Origin: Amphiscolops sp. MND2022
Lineage: Eukaryota
Direction of reading: 5' to 3'
NCBI GenBank assembly: GCA_964187785.1
Contig: OZ076419.1
Coordinates: 20,584,001 to 20,648,000 of the forward strand
Length of the DNA: 64,000 bases
Part shown: piece after piece, positions 60,414 to 64,000 of the stretch
Numbering within the stretch: the first letter of the stretch is position 1
Layout: every line of letters begins with the position of its first letter
Translations under genes and position numbers: made by a program
The notes under the pieces: model-generated
Told to the model about the DNA's origin: nothing
Database searches by the model: none
What the model saw: only the letters and a program-made list of their open reading frames with translations

Positions 60414-61415
60414 TCATGGTTTTTTGAAGAACCGTTCTTTGAATAGTTTAGGGAATGTATATCGTGATGAAATCAAAAGCACGTTGAACAGCCCCAACGT
60501 GTAGTCAAATAACCAGCTCGTGACTACCTTGTGGAAGCGATCCCTTTCGTAACGAGACTCGACCAGTATTGTGAACAGAATTACAACCGTAACATAAATC
60601 AGAATGGCCACTGAGACATAGAGAATAAAGAACAGCATAAATTTTATAGCTTTCATCTCCTCTGTCGAAAACTCAAACATCTGCGATTTCTGAGTGTCCT
60701 TAGTATTGTTTGGTTGCCCCATTTTCTTAACACTGCTTTTCTGTTTTTCTTTCTCCTTTTTAAACCGCTGTCGACGTAATAACGAGACTATGAAAACAAC
60801 GTTTGAGGAAACTATCACGAAATTGACTGAGAAACCGAATGAAAAAAAAATTGCAGTGTTCAGTGTCTGATGAGTTATTTCGCACGAATCTTTCCGAAAG
60901 TCTACAATAGCTATGTATGGCAAGGAATACAAAAAAGAGAATATTGCTATAGCAACTGAACATTTGGGGATAACTTTTTTCCATTCGCGTTGGTGATGCC
61001 AAGTTGGATTTAATAGAAACAGCGGTTGGTCGACAAACAACGTTGGGCAATGCGCAAAGGCTGCATAAAGCGTAAATGTATTACAGAAGAACAACGTTTT
61101 GCAAGTAACCCGCGAAAAGTCCAGCAGATAAATTCTAAGCAAGAAGAGAATTTTTGAAAGTATGGCATTCATAAGGTGAACGTTGTTACCCCAGAAAACC
61201 ATTTGCTTCAACCACAGAAATACGGTGGACGCGTTTTTGGCTCTACAGAGCAAGTCGAAGACAACACAGTTTGAGATGAATCCTACAACCGGAAGTAATA
61301 CTGTTACGGTCAATCCAAAATAGCCAAGTGGATAATTTTCCCTCATGTTGTCAAGCGATTGTTTTGCTGAGTATGAATCCAAAATTGTTGAGTTCTCCGA
61401 ATCATAATCCATCAT
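60414..61415 (-). CDS. Orphan class-A (rhodopsin-like) GPCR, single coding exon, 333 aa
   Basis: Seven hydrophobic segments, an N-terminal NST sequon, GFISN in TM1, TCK Cys before TM3, VDQ at the DRY position, LPY in TM4, an ECL2 Cys, a basic ICL3 and N in TM7. A tttacag acceptor lies 13 nt upstream of the ATG. Confidence 0.8.
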   Translation of the reverse strand: MMDYDSENSTILDSYSAKQSLDNMRENYPLGYFGLTVTVLLPVVGFISNCVVFDLLCRAKNASTVFLWLKQMVFWGNNVHLMNAILSKILFLLRIYLLDFSRVTCKTLFFCNTFTLYAAFAHCPTLFVDQPLFLLNPTWHHQREWKKVIPKCSVAIAIFSFLYSLPYIAIVDFRKDSCEITHQTLNTAIFFSFGFSVNFVIVSSNVVFIVSLLRRQRFKKEKEKQKSSVKKMGQPNNTKDTQKSQMFEFSTEEMKAIKFMLFFILYVSVAILIYVTVVILFTILVESRYERDRFHKVVTSWLFDYTLGLFNVLLISSRYTFPKLFKERFFKKP

Positions 61416-62029
61416 GGACCGCTGTCACCTGTAAACATACGCACAGAACAGCACAGGCCACGTGGTTTGTCTTCATATTGAATTTGAGGCCCAAAAAAAA
61501 CAAAAGTTGTTCACGAAAAACGTGAAACCAAAATAAACAACCTTTCCAAAAATGGAGTTAAGCGTCAAATAGTCACACAGTTTCTCCTGTATAATGTAAA
61601 GTTTAACACGACTTGTCTTGTCTAAGCTGCTTTGTAAAAGAATGTATTTTGGTTGAAAAAATGCAACTCCAAATGAATACAACAATGGTTTTGAAGGAGA
61701 TTGTGGAAATTTTAGTTTTTGGCGTCTACGAAAACCCATTGCTTTTGCGCGAAGTACATATGATAGACGGAACTATGTTAATCATGTTTTTAGACCGCCG
61801 GAACAGTGAAAACAGCTGAACAGACAATAGCATGCTTCGACATGGATTATTTGGCAAGCTAGGTGTTTACTTAGTAAACGATACTTCTTAGGCAAAATTA
61901 ACGAGCTATTGAGTGACGTCAACAAAAAATTGTCCGAATTGGCTTAGATAGAATTGACCGCTTAGAGCGAATTTTACAAAGTTTTTGTGTAATGCAGAAA
62001 AGAGATCTGAGGGAAAAAGGCCCCCCCGA

Positions 62030-62950
62030 ACTACTCAACCGATCCCGTTGAAGTTTGGCACACCCATACCTGAGGAGTTATGCTACTCGTCTATAAAAAC
62101 GGAATCGAGCCGAAACCCCCAGTCCCGGACTATTAGCACCGGAATTGACCTAGGTTGACCCCACTACGAACTCATCTGCCAAGCACGGAATAAGTCATGT
62201 AATATATGGAATTGGTAGCCCATGGAATATTAGGCTGTTTGCGCATGTTTTCGAAACGCAACGACGCGTGTAGGAGGAGCACGGACCCTATGTAAATAAA
62301 CCCCGAATGTTATGTAAAAAGCCAACTGATGACCCGAGGATCATGAAACTTACACCAGATGTTCTAGACACCAGACACCAGACACCTAGCAACCCTAAGC
62401 GATATACATGAAAGATACATTGATCAGTTCACCACGCGCGGAGTAATGTTTGTTTAGGCACGCGGGACCGGACGCGCGGGCCCGACCGATAAATGACATT
62501 TGACCTTGGCTTGTAATATATCAAATTAACCGGAATATTGAATGTAGTTGATTGCTATTGTGAATGAAGTATTTACCGTTTTTATAACCCATGCGGAGCT
62601 AACTGCCTTAAGTAAACAAACGATACGCATATCATGTAACTCGAAGACCATTGACCCTAGGCTGTTATAACTTGGCATGTAGCAACTTTAGGTGACGACA
62701 AATGACTTCAAGGTCATGGAAGGACCTCAAGGTCATTAGAGACGTATCCCCGAATTATATGGAAAAACGTACAGTAAGACTTGTGAAACGGCGTCGTTGC
62801 GTGATAATTTATGCATTTCAGTTAGACGGAAAGACTTCTGGTGAACCGCGTCCATAAGGATGAAGAAGTACCCCTTACACGTAGAGAACATGTAAACCAT
62901 GTAGTTGAAGGTCATTGAACGATCGTCTCGATATTAGAAATATCTCGGGT
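62030..62950. repeat. Non-coding interspersed repeat rich in aaggtca/tgacct and aa(c/g)ttggca motifs
   Basis: Recurrent gtttggcacac, aacttggcatg, tttgacctt, tcaaggtcat and aaggtcattgaac. The family is not determined. Confidence 0.4.
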
Positions 62951-64000
62951 GACTTGAATTATTTTTGAAATGTGGACTTCGAACAAGATGTGAATTATTT
63001 GTCGTTGGCGGCAAAGAATGTTTAGCCGAAGTATAATTAGACGCGTTCGCCTTGCCAGAAAAGGAATAGTTAACATGGAGGTAAACTCATGCAAATTTAA
63101 GACGCCGACGCCCTGTAAGTAACCAAAATGTCAAGTATGATAGAAAGTGAAGATGAAACCACTCGAAACACGCGCGACGAACAAATATAGTTGAGGCGGA
63201 ATTGAAATACACTGAATAGACACAACCGAGTTAGAGAGCTACAAGCAAGTTGAGCCTCGAGACGGAGGCAAGAAACTTGGCTTCGCTATAAGATCTGGTT
63301 CGTCGTCAGCTCTGGGAGCTAGGGATTGAAATTCTACAAGTCCGTCACTTGTATTTTGCGCGAGACTTAGTTGGTTGAATCGCTAATAGTTACTAGTTAG
63401 CTATTGTTGTTAAAGAACCAGATTTGACGTTCTTTATAAAAAGTAATTCGAATATTACTTCAACTTTCTTAGTCAATTCAAGAGAGCCGATTAACTTTGG
63501 ATACGTGAGAACACGATAAAAATAACCGAACTTACTCACCAAAAATCCTTTTTCTGATAGAGTTACATTCTTGGGAAAATCTTTCCGCCCTCGAAATCTA
63601 AATTTCTACAGAAATTGACAGTTATGAAGTTTCAACTATTTGGAATTGCTTCAGCTTAGTTTAGTAATTATTAGGTTAGCATCTTTGTAGACTGCAATCG
63701 AAATTCTTCTATTATAAAGCTTATCAGAAAACATGCTTAGCAGGAAAACTTTGAAATAGGGAAAACTTCAAAAAATTGCAAACAAATTTCGGAAGCTTGA
63801 GAGTCTATTAAATTTCTACTATAGAGAAAACTTTATTTCCGATTTTTTCACGAGGTGCCAAACTTGTGCCTTGGAAAAAGTTTCTGTTACTTCTGGGAGA
63901 AACGCAAACTGTTAAATAATTTACTCGTACCGGATGGCTGCAACTCAGTTGGGTCGAATAGCTGCCAAATGTAATATTCAAACTATAAGTCTACAATCGC

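Overview
This is repeat-dense, AT-rich eukaryotic (animal, probably invertebrate) genomic DNA, not prokaryotic. An acoel-like host is only my impression. From left to right: (1) a 5'-truncated CR1/L2-type LINE RT (187-1638). (2) A 2.59-kb tandem duplication (3043-8215); each copy holds a decayed class-A GPCR and a solo-LTR-like sequence. (3) A 19.4-kb tandem array (8819-28248) of long (~2.2 kb) and short (~1.5 kb) units. The unit is an internal piece of a frameshifted gene for a zinc-finger plus tyrosine-recombinase (YR, Crypton-like) protein, and the short units lack the YR catalytic domain. (4) A diverged paralog (30326-33010) with a SET domain, a coding 36-bp minisatellite, the same two zinc fingers and the start of the recombinase, cut off by a LINE. 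(5) Several LINE remnants. (6) A decayed BEL/Pao retrotransposon (37220-50816, minus strand) with a younger, pol-deleted BEL/Pao element nested in its integrase (39388-45910, ATGGC target-site duplication). (7) A foldback element, more LINE pieces, a tRNA-derived SINE head, a gag fragment and a third BEL/Pao remnant. (8) One intact single-exon orphan GPCR ORF (60414-61415). The best candidates for undescribed biology are the SET-ZnF-YR architecture with its amplified array, and a ~169-codon antisense ORF inside the BEL/Pao LTR that shows codon-level signs of purifying selection. All domain calls come from motifs read by eye; no searches were run.
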